A stretch of DNA of 64,000 nt from Candidatus Micrarchaeia archaeon. GTDB lineage: Archaea > Micrarchaeota > Micrarchaeia > CABMEP01. The notes beneath the pieces were generated by a model. The model did no database searches and was not told where the DNA came from. It was given only the letters and a program-made list of their open reading frames with translations. The stretch is from positions 74,652 through 138,651 of the forward strand of contig JAVZPM010000002.1 of assembly GCA_038881595.1 (NCBI GenBank). The letters are read 5' to 3'. A program made the translations under genes and the position numbers. Shown piece after piece: positions 1-9,832 of this stretch (position 1 is the stretch's first letter; each line of letters starts with the position of its first letter).

Positions 1-457
1 GGCTTATGTTTCTAAGAGCCATGTCCACTCTTCTCTTTGGAGAAACGTCTACTGCAACCTGGTATCTTACTCCTCCGTATTCCACTCTTGTCACATCTTC
101 TCTTGGAGCGCTGTTTTCTATTGCTTTTATGAGGTACTGGATTGGGTTTTGCTTTGTTTTTTCATGGATGATGTCGAAAGCTTCTTCTACTATTTTTATT
201 ACTCTTGTCTTTTTGCCTTGCAATTTTCCATGGGTTCTTATGAGCTTTCCTCCTACCTTTTCACCAGTTCCTCCTCTCATCAGCTTGTTTACGAGTCTTT
301 CCACTATATTCTTTTCTATTCTTTTCTTTCTTTTTCCAACTCTACCAAAAGTGTGAGGCATTACTGAAGGTCTTAAATTTATGTAATCCTTCATTGTCTC
401 ATCAGTGATTTGTACATTGTAATCATATTTGTTGAAAAGCTTATCATTGATTTCCAT
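1..457 (-). CDS. rps7: 30S ribosomal protein uS7 (3' end runs off window)
   Basis: Manual translation from ATG at 457: [13 protein letters not shown]...[13 protein letters not shown]...[48 protein letters not shown]; follows rps12. Confidence 0.95.
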   Translation of the reverse strand, partial: MEINDKLFNKYDYNVQITDETMKDYINLRPSVMPHTFGRVGKRKKRIEKNIVERLVNKLMRGGTGEKVGGKLIRTHGKLQGKKTRVIKIVEEAFDIIHEKTKQNPIQYLIKAIENSAPREDVTRVEYGGVRYQVAVDVSPKRRVDMALRNIS

Positions 458-495
458 ATTATCACTCTATTAAATTAAATTAAGAGAATAGAAAA

Positions 496-918
496 TCATC
501 TTCTCGGTTTTTCTTTCTTACCTCTTCTTATCTCTTCAAGAGAAGTATTGTTTACGGCGATCACCTTGTATCTGACGCCAGGAATTGAACCCATCTGTCC
601 TCTTTGTGATCCACCAAGTCCTTCTACTAAAACTTCATCATGTTCATCTATGTGATTTATCGCTCCGTCTCTGGGTGCGAATGCAGTGATTATCTTTCCA
701 TTCTTTATCAACTGGATCTTTACACATTTGATAAGACCAGAGTGAGGCTGCTTTTGCTCAAGCACTTTCTTTTCTAACACTATTCCTCTTGCTGCATGAG
801 CTCCCTCGAGAGGATCGTATTTCTCTTTGAGTTTTTCAACCTTTCTTCTCCATGTTTTCTTTAACCATCTGTATTTCTTTCTTTTCTTTAATATATCTCT
901 TCCAGAGAATTCTCCCAT
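496..918 (-). CDS. rps12: 30S ribosomal protein uS12
   Basis: [30 protein letters not shown]; conserved position after nusA. Confidence 0.97.
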   Translation of the reverse strand: MGEFSGRDILKKRKKYRWLKKTWRRKVEKLKEKYDPLEGAHAARGIVLEKKVLEQKQPHSGLIKCVKIQLIKNGKIITAFAPRDGAINHIDEHDEVLVEGLGGSQRGQMGSIPGVRYKVIAVNNTSLEEIRRGKKEKPRR

Positions 919-936
919 ATAATTACACCTTATAAT

Positions 937-1042
937 GTTTAACAGCTTCAGCTGATAAACTTAAGAACACTCATTTAGAGTGTTATAAGCATAAGTGTAT
1001 TAACATATTAAGCCCGATGCACAGAAAAAGTTCTGTAAGGGC
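937..1042 (-). promoter_or_regulatory. Structured 5' leader of rps12-rps7 (three hairpins)
   Basis: GTTTA-CAGC/GCTG-TAAAC 937-960, AACACTC/GAGTGTT 966-984, GCCC-ACAGAA/TTCTGT-GGGC 1012-1042. Confidence 0.45.
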
Positions 1043-1130
1043 AGCATTGATGAAATTTGAATATATATTAGAGATGATACATAATATATATGTTTGTAGT
1101 GTTTTTAAATCTTATTTTATTACTCTTCAA

Positions 1131-1532
1131 TCATGCTCTTATCTCAATTTTCTTAAAGTTTCTTTCAACAAGTATATTTGCGAGCTTTATTTTATTTCCA
1201 CCTCTTCCGATGACATACTTCCTATCTTCAGAGCTAGTTATTATCTTAGCAGTGTTACCTTCTATTACAACATTCACTTTTATAGGTGCAAATATGTTGC
1301 TAATAAATCTTTCGAGTTCTTCAGACCATTCTACAACTACTATATCTCTTTTAAGTTTCTTTTTAAGACTATTAATCATCTTTCCTCCAGGTCCTATAAC
1401 CTTTCCAACATCTCCTTCTGCAACTACTATAGCAAGCGTTTTCCCATCATCATATACATCTCTTATTGCTGCGCGAGTTGCATCCTGAAGGAACATCATC
1501 ATTTTAATGTCTTCATTAGATAGTTTTGTCAT
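1131..1532 (-). CDS. nusA: Archaeal NusA (two KH domains)
   Basis: VGKVIGPGG and VIGRGG KH motifs; position after rpl30e. Confidence 0.95.
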   Translation of the reverse strand: MTKLSNEDIKMMMFLQDATRAAIRDVYDDGKTLAIVVAEGDVGKVIGPGGKMINSLKKKLKRDIVVVEWSEELERFISNIFAPIKVNVVIEGNTAKIITSSEDRKYVIGRGGNKIKLANILVERNFKKIEIRA

Positions 1533-1555
1533 TAGATCTCCTTTTTTTTTATACT

Positions 1556-1858
1556 TTACTCAGCGATTTTTAGAATCTCTGAATCACCAGGTTCTATTAT
1601 GGCCATCATAAGTACAGGAAAAGGTTTTCCAGCTAATGATCCTAACTCTAGTGATGGATAATTCAATTCCTTATAAGGAACTTTGGAATTTTTACATATT
1701 TCTATTATTTCATTCTTCAAATTTTTTGGGCAATTTCCAGCTAAAAGTATAAGCTTTGCATTTCCACGTGCAGCTAGATATTTGCAGGTTCTTGTTCCAA
1801 ATTCTACCTTTCCAGTGTCAACGCATATTCTTATTGATTTTTCAATATCTATATTCAT
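1556..1858 (-). CDS. rpl30e: 50S ribosomal protein eL30
   Basis: DTGKVEFG, LELGSLAGKPF, IIEPGDS. Confidence 0.95.
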   Translation of the reverse strand: MNIDIEKSIRICVDTGKVEFGTRTCKYLAARGNAKLILLAGNCPKNLKNEIIEICKNSKVPYKELNYPSLELGSLAGKPFPVLMMAIIEPGDSEILKIAE

Positions 1859-1885
1859 ATTTTCACCCTATAGTAAAATCAATTT

Positions 1886-2911
1886 TTATTTAGTTTCATG
1901 TTTCATTGTAAGCTTAACAAGACCAGTTCCTAATGGAACAGGTTGTCCTATTAGTATGTTTTCAGTTACTCCTTTCAATCTATCTTCTTCTCCATTTATT
2001 GCAGCATTAACTAAGTGTTTAACAGTTTCTTCAAATGCTGCTCTTGCAAGAACAGACGGTTTTCTTCCGCTAAGACCATGTCTTCCTACTGAAATAACCT
2101 CTCCATCAACAGTCATCGCGTCCGCAAGAAGACAGATATGTCTTATATCAACATCTGTTTTCTGAATTTTCATAGTAGTATATATCTCATTAACTATTGC
2201 ATTTCTTGCAGCTTCTATTCCAAATAAATTGTAGATTTCAATTATGTCATTTGTAATGGATCTGGTAGGATCTACATATGGTAATTTAAATAATTCTGTA
2301 AGGTTTGATCCTCCTGCAATAATTATCCATTCACCATTTTCATCTTGGGTTACAACTGGTTTTGTTATTCCACTAACACCTTTAATATGTAGATTTTTCA
2401 ATTTATTTGTGAATTTTCTTAACATTCTTAATGGTGTATTTTTGGCTATAAGAAGAACTTTATCAGCTTGATGTTTCATTGTAATGTTAGGTTCTAATTC
2501 TGCCTTTATTTTCTTCTTTACTTGAATCAGATCTATATTTCTTTGCTTTATTTCATTTTTGTCTATCTTTATCAATACTTGTTTCTTTTTAAAGTCTTCA
2601 GAAAAAGTTGCAATATCATTGAGTATAACTTGGTCTATCTCATTTGCTATTTCTTCTACTTTTTTCTTGTCTTTATATTTCTCTTTGAGGTATATCATAA
2701 CGATGGGTTTTTTAGGTTTCTTTTTTGCATCTACTATTTCAATGAGTCTTGGAAGACCAGTTGGTACTGCCTCGACTACACCAGGAAGGTGGAAGGTACG
2801 CATAGTCATTTGTGTTCCAGGTTCACCTAAGGAATGTGCAGTAAGTATCCCTACTCCTTCTCCAGGGGTTATCATAATATCTTTTTTCTCTTTATCAATA
2901 TGCTTTGTCAT
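1886..2911 (-). CDS. rpoA2: RNA polymerase subunit A'' (Rpo1C)
   Basis: SLGEPGTQMTMRTFH, GLPRLIEIVDA, LARAAFEET; start moved to ATG 2911 after GGTGA Shine-Dalgarno. Confidence 0.97.
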   Translation of the reverse strand: MTKHIDKEKKDIMITPGEGVGILTAHSLGEPGTQMTMRTFHLPGVVEAVPTGLPRLIEIVDAKKKPKKPIVMIYLKEKYKDKKKVEEIANEIDQVILNDIATFSEDFKKKQVLIKIDKNEIKQRNIDLIQVKKKIKAELEPNITMKHQADKVLLIAKNTPLRMLRKFTNKLKNLHIKGVSGITKPVVTQDENGEWIIIAGGSNLTELFKLPYVDPTRSITNDIIEIYNLFGIEAARNAIVNEIYTTMKIQKTDVDIRHICLLADAMTVDGEVISVGRHGLSGRKPSVLARAAFEETVKHLVNAAINGEEDRLKGVTENILIGQPVPLGTGLVKLTMKHETK

Positions 2912-2927
2912 TATATCACCATTATAT

Positions 2928-5522
2928 TTATTCTTTTTCAGGTACACCTACAGGTGTTAATAGCTCTTCTTTTATTTTCTTTATTTTCATAGTGTCTCTT
3001 CCATCTCCACCGTATATGAATTGTATTATCTTTCCACTTCCGTCTCTAACACTGTAATCATCTTTTACAACTAAGTCCTGAAGTGCATTAATCATTCTTC
3101 TTTGCATGTATCCTGATCTTGCAGTTCTTATTGCAGTGTTAACTATAGATTCTCTTGCAGACATGGATTGGAAGAAGTACTCAATTGGATTAAGACCATC
3201 TATGAAATTGGATCTAATAAATCCTCGAGCTACAGCACTTAAATCCTTTGGTTTGAAGTGAGAGAGCGTTCTATATCTATACCCTCTATGTAATCTTTTT
3301 TCTCTTACTACTTGCTGTGCGATTGCTCCAGACATCTGAGTAACGTTTGTCATAGAACCTCTTGCTCCGATCTTTGCTATTATAATCGCCTTATTTTCCT
3401 GACCTAAGTCCTCTTCTAATACTTTACTTATATCGTTTCTAATTTTTCCAAGAGTATCAACTGATTTACTCTCTAAGGTTTCTTTAAGGCTCTTTCCAGG
3501 TTCTCTTTCAAGAGTTTTATTCTTATATTGCATTATGTATACATTTACTTGCTTTTCTGCATTTTCAACAATTTCTTTGATCTTTTTCTTTCCTTCTTCA
3601 GATATAGTATAATCCTTCAAACTTACAGTCATTCCCTTTATAGTTATAATTTCAGCTGCAATTCTTCCGATAGCATCTATGAATTTTCTTGCTTCTTCAT
3701 TTCCATAATTTAGGGTTATTGCTTCTACAATCGCATTTAACGATTTCTTTTCAAAGTATCCACTTATTACTTTTCCATCTTTTATTTCAACAATGCTTTT
3801 ATCACTTCCTTTCTTTCCAATTTTAGATTCAACTCTAAGATTCAATCCCTTTGGCAAAATTTGAGAGAGTATCAATTTTCCACTATATCTATCTTTTACA
3901 TCTGGTTTAGGAAGTTCATATATTCCTGCCATAGCTAAAAGGTCTGCTGCTTGACTTTTTGTAAAGGTTGTTTCATCCAGCGATAAGAGATAGGTTCCAG
4001 TTATACGATCTTGTGTTGGTCCGATTATTGCATGTCCATGACGTGGTGAAATGATTTGTTTCTCTACTAGCATTAATGTTTCGGCCTCTGCTCTTGCCTC
4101 TTCTTTCTGAGGAACATGTATATTCATTTCATCTCCATCGAAATCAGCATTGTATGGAGTTGTAACAGATGGCGGAACTCTGAATGTTTTTCCAGGTAAT
4201 ATCTTTACTCTGTGGGCCATTATAGACATTCTGTGGAGTGATGGATAACGATTGAATAATACTATATCTCCATCCATGAGTTGTCTTTCAACAGTCCATC
4301 CAGCAGCAATTTCCTTTATTAATTCTTCTTTATTAGCATCTGTAACCTTTCTTCTTCTTCCGTTTGGAGAGGTTACATAAATAGCTCTTGGTTTTTCGTT
4401 TGAATTTATCATTTTCTTGCATTCTTCAAGGTTCCAGTCAGTAACTTTTACAGGTACAGTTAATTCATCAGCTATCTGTTGTGGCACTCCTACTTCATTT
4501 ATAGATATACATCCATCTGGAGATACTACAGTTCTTGCACTGAAGTTTACTCTCTTTCCAGAAAGGTTATATCTGAATCTTCCCTCCTTCCCTTTGAGAC
4601 GTTGTGCCAATGTTTTTAATGGCATTCCTGATCTGTGTGTTGCAGGAGGTATGTTAGGACTTTCATTATTGAAATAAGTAGTAACATGGTATTGTAAGAG
4701 TTCCCATAAATCTTCTATGATAAGTTGTGGCGCTCCTGCGTTTATATTAGATTCCAATCTCTGATTTATTCTCAAAACTTCTACAAGTTTATGAGTAAGG
4801 TTGTCTTCGCTTCTTTCACCGCTTTCAAGAGTTATAGAAGGTCTCACATTGACAGGTGGGACAGGTAAAACAGTGAGAACTGCCCATTCGGGTCTGCTGT
4901 ATTCTGGATCAAAGCCAAGTTCTCTTAAGTCGTCATCTGAAATCTTTGCAAGCCTATCTCTTACCTCTGTAGGAAGCATTAATCTGTCATCTTCATAGAA
5001 GTTGGTTGGTCTTTCAAACTTTATTTCTTTTTGTTCAGTTTGACAGTGAGGACATTTTTTAACTTTCTTAGTTCTTGCAAGAAATGTTGCAATCATTTCA
5101 TCTCTTGTCATTAAGCTACTTTTTATTTCATCTATTTCCTCCTTTGCAAGTAGTACCTTTCCACATGAATTACAAGTTGACCTTAGAAACATATATATCA
5201 TTGGAGCAAATTCTGGATGTATCACAGGCCTTATCAGTTCTATTGAACCAAAGTGACCAGGGCAAGTTCTGACTGTTCCTCCACATGTCTTGCATCTTAA
5301 ACCAGGATCTATAACACCCATTCTTAAGTCTGCAAACCCTCCTTCGATAGGATACCCATCATCATTATATGTATCAGGTACAAAAAGTTTTACTGCAGAC
5401 ATTTTTCTAATCATCTCTGGAGAGAAAAGAGTGAATTTTATCTTACTTATGTATTTTTCTAAAATTTCATTTTCATCCAATGTAACCACGATACCACCAT
5501 TAATGTTATAAAAACTATTCAT
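2928..5522 (-). CDS. rpoA1: RNA polymerase subunit A' (Rpo1N)
   Basis: Catalytic NADFDGD, Zn motifs CKTC/CPGHFG; true start probably GTG 5489. Confidence 0.98.
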   Translation of the reverse strand: MNSFYNINGGIVVTLDENEILEKYISKIKFTLFSPEMIRKMSAVKLFVPDTYNDDGYPIEGGFADLRMGVIDPGLRCKTCGGTVRTCPGHFGSIELIRPVIHPEFAPMIYMFLRSTCNSCGKVLLAKEEIDEIKSSLMTRDEMIATFLARTKKVKKCPHCQTEQKEIKFERPTNFYEDDRLMLPTEVRDRLAKISDDDLRELGFDPEYSRPEWAVLTVLPVPPVNVRPSITLESGERSEDNLTHKLVEVLRINQRLESNINAGAPQLIIEDLWELLQYHVTTYFNNESPNIPPATHRSGMPLKTLAQRLKGKEGRFRYNLSGKRVNFSARTVVSPDGCISINEVGVPQQIADELTVPVKVTDWNLEECKKMINSNEKPRAIYVTSPNGRRRKVTDANKEELIKEIAAGWTVERQLMDGDIVLFNRYPSLHRMSIMAHRVKILPGKTFRVPPSVTTPYNADFDGDEMNIHVPQKEEARAEAETLMLVEKQIISPRHGHAIIGPTQDRITGTYLLSLDETTFTKSQAADLLAMAGIYELPKPDVKDRYSGKLILSQILPKGLNLRVESKIGKKGSDKSIVEIKDGKVISGYFEKKSLNAIVEAITLNYGNEEARKFIDAIGRIAAEIITIKGMTVSLKDYTISEEGKKKIKEIVENAEKQVNVYIMQYKNKTLEREPGKSLKETLESKSVDTLGKIRNDISKVLEEDLGQENKAIIIAKIGARGSMTNVTQMSGAIAQQVVREKRLHRGYRYRTLSHFKPKDLSAVARGFIRSNFIDGLNPIEYFFQSMSARESIVNTAIRTARSGYMQRRMINALQDLVVKDDYSVRDGSGKIIQFIYGGDGRDTMKIKKIKEELLTPVGVPEKE

Positions 5523-7353
5523 CTGTCTTATTGCTTGTAATCATTCTCGGGAATATTCCAAGTGATTTTATTTCATCAATTAGGAGTTTGAATGCATAAG
5601 ACATTTCTACTTGTGAGAAGTTTGTAGAATCGCAGATAGGACAGATTGGTTTGTTCTTTAGATAGTCATAATATGCAAATGATCCACAATCATTGCAGAT
5701 TATTTGGACTGTTTTATCAGATTCATCCATTAAACGCTCTTTTAGTAGCATTGTTGCTCCATATCCTATAATACAGTCTCTTTCCATTTCACCTAATCTA
5801 AGACCACCTTCTCTTGATCTTCCTTCTGTTGGTTGGTGGGTCAAAAGTTGTACTGGACCTCTGCTTCTTGCATGTATTTTGTTAGAGACAAGATGCTGTA
5901 GTCTTTGATAGTAGATTACACCTATGAATATTTCTGCTTCAATTCTTTCTCCTGTAACACCATCATAAAGAACTTCATAACCATCAGATTCAAATCCATA
6001 TTTCTTTAAAGTTTCTTTGGCCTCCTCCAAATTCGCTGGTGTGAAAGTAGTTCCATCAACACGTTTTCCTTCGAAACAAGCAGCCTTTCCTAAGAGTGTT
6101 TCAAGAAGATGACCAACTGTCATACGAGAAGGAATTGCATGTGGGTTAATAATCAAATCAGGTACGATACCGTCTTTTGTAAATGGCATACTCTCCTGAG
6201 GCACAAGTAACCCTATAACTCCTTTTTGTCCATGTCTAGATGCAACTTTATCACCATTTTCTGGTATTTTAGTTTCTCTTACTCTAACTTTTACCATTTT
6301 GTTTCCAGATGGACTTTGAGTAATAAGAACAGAGTCAACAATTCCTTTTTCTTCTGCCTTAAGGGTAACCGAACTTTCTTTCTTTTTCTCTTCAGCAATT
6401 CCAAATGCGCTTACTTCTTCAAGGAATCTTGGAGGAGAGGTTTTTCCTATTAACACATCTCTTCCTCCTACTTCTACCCCTGGTGAGATTAATCCGTCCT
6501 CATCTAAATACTTATATGCTGTCTCTCCTCTATATCCGTTAACTGTAGGAGCAGGAATTTCAAATCTATCCTTTTGTCCTCCTGGATATCTTCTTTCCTC
6601 TGTTGAATATGTTTTAAACATTTCAACTCTAAGTAATCCTCTATCTACAGCAGATTTGTTAACAACAACCGCATCTTCCATGTTGAATCCTCTATAACTC
6701 ATTACTGCAACAACCAAATTATTTCCTCCGATTCTTTTATCAGTTCCAAGTATTCTTTGAGGTCTAGTTGTTACAATTGGAGTTTGAGGATAAAACATTA
6801 CATATGCCTTTGTATCATATCTTAATGAATAATTGGAAGCAAATAACCCAAGTGCCTGTTTAGCCATAGAGCAAGCCATGGTAGTTCTTGGTGATGAATT
6901 GTATTCTTGCATTGGCAGTTGAGATGTGACAAAACTGAGTATACCTACAGGATCAATTTCAAGATGTGTATGCTCTGGTGTTATGTCTTCTTCTCTAACT
7001 GCTATGTAAGAAAGAGTATCTTCCTCTCCTGGATCCAAATATTCTATTATACCGTTTCTTATTAAATCCTTCCATTCGATTTCGTTGTTTTTTATTTTTG
7101 CTTTGATTTCTGGGGTTAGTTTTGATTTTCCATTTTCTACTATTATTAAAGGTCTTCTGCTTCTGCCTCCATCGCTGTTTATGTAGACTTCTTTAAGCTT
7201 CGGATAAAATTCTACATTAACCTCGTGATTTATTTCTCCATTTCTTCTTTTTCTAATTATTTCACGTACAAGCTCTTCACCATTTGGATGAGAACCAACA
7301 ATTTTACCATTAAGATATACTATGAATTCATCATTTTTCTTTGCCACGTTCAC
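5515..7353 (-). CDS. rpoB1: RNA polymerase subunit B' (Rpo2C)
   Basis: GDKVASRHGQKG, GGLRLGEMERD, C-terminal Zn ribbon. Confidence 0.97.
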   Translation of the reverse strand: MNVAKKNDEFIVYLNGKIVGSHPNGEELVREIIRKRRNGEINHEVNVEFYPKLKEVYINSDGGRSRRPLIIVENGKSKLTPEIKAKIKNNEIEWKDLIRNGIIEYLDPGEEDTLSYIAVREEDITPEHTHLEIDPVGILSFVTSQLPMQEYNSSPRTTMACSMAKQALGLFASNYSLRYDTKAYVMFYPQTPIVTTRPQRILGTDKRIGGNNLVVAVMSYRGFNMEDAVVVNKSAVDRGLLRVEMFKTYSTEERRYPGGQKDRFEIPAPTVNGYRGETAYKYLDEDGLISPGVEVGGRDVLIGKTSPPRFLEEVSAFGIAEEKKKESSVTLKAEEKGIVDSVLITQSPSGNKMVKVRVRETKIPENGDKVASRHGQKGVIGLLVPQESMPFTKDGIVPDLIINPHAIPSRMTVGHLLETLLGKAACFEGKRVDGTTFTPANLEEAKETLKKYGFESDGYEVLYDGVTGERIEAEIFIGVIYYQRLQHLVSNKIHARSRGPVQLLTHQPTEGRSREGGLRLGEMERDCIIGYGATMLLKERLMDESDKTVQIICNDCGSFAYYDYLKNKPICPICDSTNFSQVEMSYAFKLLIDEIKSLGIFPRMITSNKTDE

Positions 7354-7400
7354 ACCTTTTAATTTAGTATTAACATTAAATATTGAAATTTATCATCGAC

Positions 7401-8867
7401 TCATTTCATAGCTTTTACTCCAATTTTCTTTAGAATACTTTCCACTTCTTTTTCATCTACTCCAATTGAAATCTCATTTGTTAAGGCCATATTCTTAACT
7501 AGAGAGGCAGATGAGCCTTCAGGAGTTTCGTTTGGACATAATCTTCCAAATTGAGTTCCATGCAGATCTCTTGCTTCAAAGTGAGGATGCACTCTGCTAA
7601 GTGGTGAATTGATTCTTCTTAAATGGGAAACTGTCGCTAGATAAGAGACTCTATCAAGAAGCTGACATACTCCGGTTTGCCCCGCTATCCAGTTTCCAGT
7701 AGCCATCGCATATCTTATTCTATCACTTAAAGAATCAGGTCTAACAAATGTTTGTACATCTTGCAACCTTCTTCCTCTTGCAACAGCTCTTTCTGCTTGG
7801 TAGGCTATATCTCTTACCAAGAACTGGAATGAGTATCTAAATAACTCTTCCATCAAAACTCCACTTAATTTAATTCTTTTATTTCCATAATGATCTTTAT
7901 CATCTGCAGGATATTTCTTGTTTGCTACAAGTGTTGTTCTTTGTGCCATTAATGCAAGGAATTTTGCTTTAAGATGCTTTGCAGCAGGAGTAGTTCCAAA
8001 GTGAGGTAGTAAATAATTGTTTAATAACACTTCTACTCTTTTGTCTCTATATTCTTTGGGTTGTCCAGGAACTGCTTTTTTACCGATCTCATCTATTGCA
8101 TCATCAACAGTCTTTACCTCACCAATTTCTATATTTAAAAGCACATCATTGATTACATGCTTATCATCGTCAAATAATTCAAGTATATCATCATCTTTCT
8201 TTATTCCAAGAGCACGAAGTACAACCATAAATGGTAGTTTAGGTGGAGCAGCTGGAAATTCAATAGTCCATGTACCATCTTCTGATCTGTTTACCGCACA
8301 TCTCATTCTTGCTCCGCCGCTCTGTGAAAATATTTTCGCTGTGATTATCGATCCTTGTTTTTCTTTGGTTACCATAATTCTATTTGCAATCAAATCTTCT
8401 ATTCCGATTAAAACTCTCTCTGTTCCATTTATGATCATATATCCTCCTGGATCCATTGGGTCTTCTCCTGCTTTTATCAGTTCTCCTCTGGACATTCCTT
8501 CGGTATAACATATTTTTGACCTTACCATAGCAGGGACATCTCCGATATAAGCAATTGTGGTTTTTCTTTCAATATCATTTATTATAGGGGTTATTTCCAT
8601 GTATACTCTTCCAGCATAAGTAAGATCTCTTTGCCTAGCTTCCATAGGTAAAATAGGTCTTGTTGCAGAATCAGATTCGATAACAATAGGTTTTTCAACC
8701 CAGGCCCTCCCAAGTTTAAGTTCATAATTCGGAACATTAGGTCTTATTACTCCAACTGAACTTACTATTTTTTGTATCCCTTCTTCTATAAATCTATTAT
8801 ATGAGTCAAGATGCTGCTTGACTAATTTATTTTCATTTAAATATTTCTCTAATAGATCCTTTGTCAC
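7401..8867 (-). CDS. rpoB2: RNA polymerase subunit B'' (Rpo2N)
   Basis: DPGGYMIINGTERV, EARDLHGTQFGRLCPNETPEG; rpoB is split into two genes. Confidence 0.97.
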   Translation of the reverse strand: MTKDLLEKYLNENKLVKQHLDSYNRFIEEGIQKIVSSVGVIRPNVPNYELKLGRAWVEKPIVIESDSATRPILPMEARQRDLTYAGRVYMEITPIINDIERKTTIAYIGDVPAMVRSKICYTEGMSRGELIKAGEDPMDPGGYMIINGTERVLIGIEDLIANRIMVTKEKQGSIITAKIFSQSGGARMRCAVNRSEDGTWTIEFPAAPPKLPFMVVLRALGIKKDDDILELFDDDKHVINDVLLNIEIGEVKTVDDAIDEIGKKAVPGQPKEYRDKRVEVLLNNYLLPHFGTTPAAKHLKAKFLALMAQRTTLVANKKYPADDKDHYGNKRIKLSGVLMEELFRYSFQFLVRDIAYQAERAVARGRRLQDVQTFVRPDSLSDRIRYAMATGNWIAGQTGVCQLLDRVSYLATVSHLRRINSPLSRVHPHFEARDLHGTQFGRLCPNETPEGSSASLVKNMALTNEISIGVDEKEVESILKKIGVKAMK

Positions 8868-8899
8868 GTAATCATCCCCATGAGCTAGATTTTATATTT

Positions 8900-8933
8900 T
8901 TTAGATCTCATTCGAGATCTAAACTTTTAGATC
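8900..8933. repeat. Overlapping inverted repeats in the rpoH-rpoB'' spacer
   Basis: TTTAGATCTC-ATTC-GAGATCTAAA 8900-8923 overlaps GATCTAAA-CT-TTTAGATC 8916-8933. Confidence 0.7.
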
Positions 8934-8952
8934 GAGATCAAAATAAGACTCA

Positions 8953-9219
8953 TCAAACAACTACTCTGTAATAAATGTTTTTTGCATGTTTTTCTTCTCT
9001 GTGTATTCTTATTATGTCTCCTTTTTTCGGATTAAGATGCCTTATAGCTGGATCATCTATTTTTATTTTTGGTAACTGTTCCTTTGTAGCATTAAGGCTC
9101 TCCAGTAACTTTTTTTCATCTTCTTCTTTTACTATTTCATGTTTAGGAATTAGTTTATGCACTATAGGTTCATTTTCAAAATTCGAAATTTTGGGTTTTT
9201 TAACCTTAGTTTTGGCCAA
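8953..9219 (-). CDS. rpoH: RNA polymerase subunit H (Rpo5)
   Basis: HKLIPKHEI, QLPKIKIDDPAI, YYRVVV; TTG start after GGTGA. Confidence 0.95.
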   Translation of the reverse strand: MAKTKVKKPKISNFENEPIVHKLIPKHEIVKEEDEKKLLESLNATKEQLPKIKIDDPAIRHLNPKKGDIIRIHREEKHAKNIYYRVVV

Positions 9220-9447
9220 ATTATCACCATAGAATGCCGGTTAGATATCACTAAGGATAGCCTAACAACTAGCATTTCTTTCAGAGATCTAGATCTAAAA
9301 GCAAATTATATTAGTTATTAAGATTTATAAATATTTTGTTACTTTTAGATTTTTTTCTTTTTAATCTACCAGTGATATTTTTTGGTTAGTTTTTTAAAAC
9401 TCACTATATATTTCAATAATATAATTTAATGTTTAATCAGTGATAAG

Positions 9448-9816
9448 ATGAACGATATAGGAGAGCAGCTTTCTTTAGTACTTAAAGAAATTAAAAGTTC
9501 AGGAGATGTCGAGGCTTCTGTTATAATGAGAAGAGATGGAATAATTATATCTTCAGATTTTCAAGATATTTCTTCAAAAAATCTTTCAGTTATGTCCTCA
9601 CTTATTTCAGTTGCTGAGTTATCTTCTTTAGAATTAAAACGTGGCGTTTTTCAAGAGATGATGATTGAAAGTGAAAATGGTAAGATTATTTTGATCAATG
9701 CAGGAAAAAATGCAGTTTTACTTTCATTTGTTAAAAAAGAAGGAAATATAGGTTTTATTTTAATTACTTTAGAAAGTGCAGCAAAAAAAATACAAAGTAT
9801 AATTGATAAAATTTAG
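9448..9816 (+). CDS. Roadblock/LC7 domain protein
   Basis: ASVIMRRDGIIISS, ELKRGVFQEMMIESENGKIILINAG, NIGFI pattern. Confidence 0.85.
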   Translation: MNDIGEQLSLVLKEIKSSGDVEASVIMRRDGIIISSDFQDISSKNLSVMSSLISVAELSSLELKRGVFQEMMIESENGKIILINAGKNAVLLSFVKKEGNIGFILITLESAAKKIQSIIDKI

Positions 9817-9832
9817 ATATTATATTTGATAG

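Noticed and set aside
6..8508. Many plus-strand ORFs over the ribosomal/RNAP cluster (and similar antisense ORFs throughout)
   Set aside because: Shadows of well-supported opposite-strand genes; S/F/I/L-rich with no motifs
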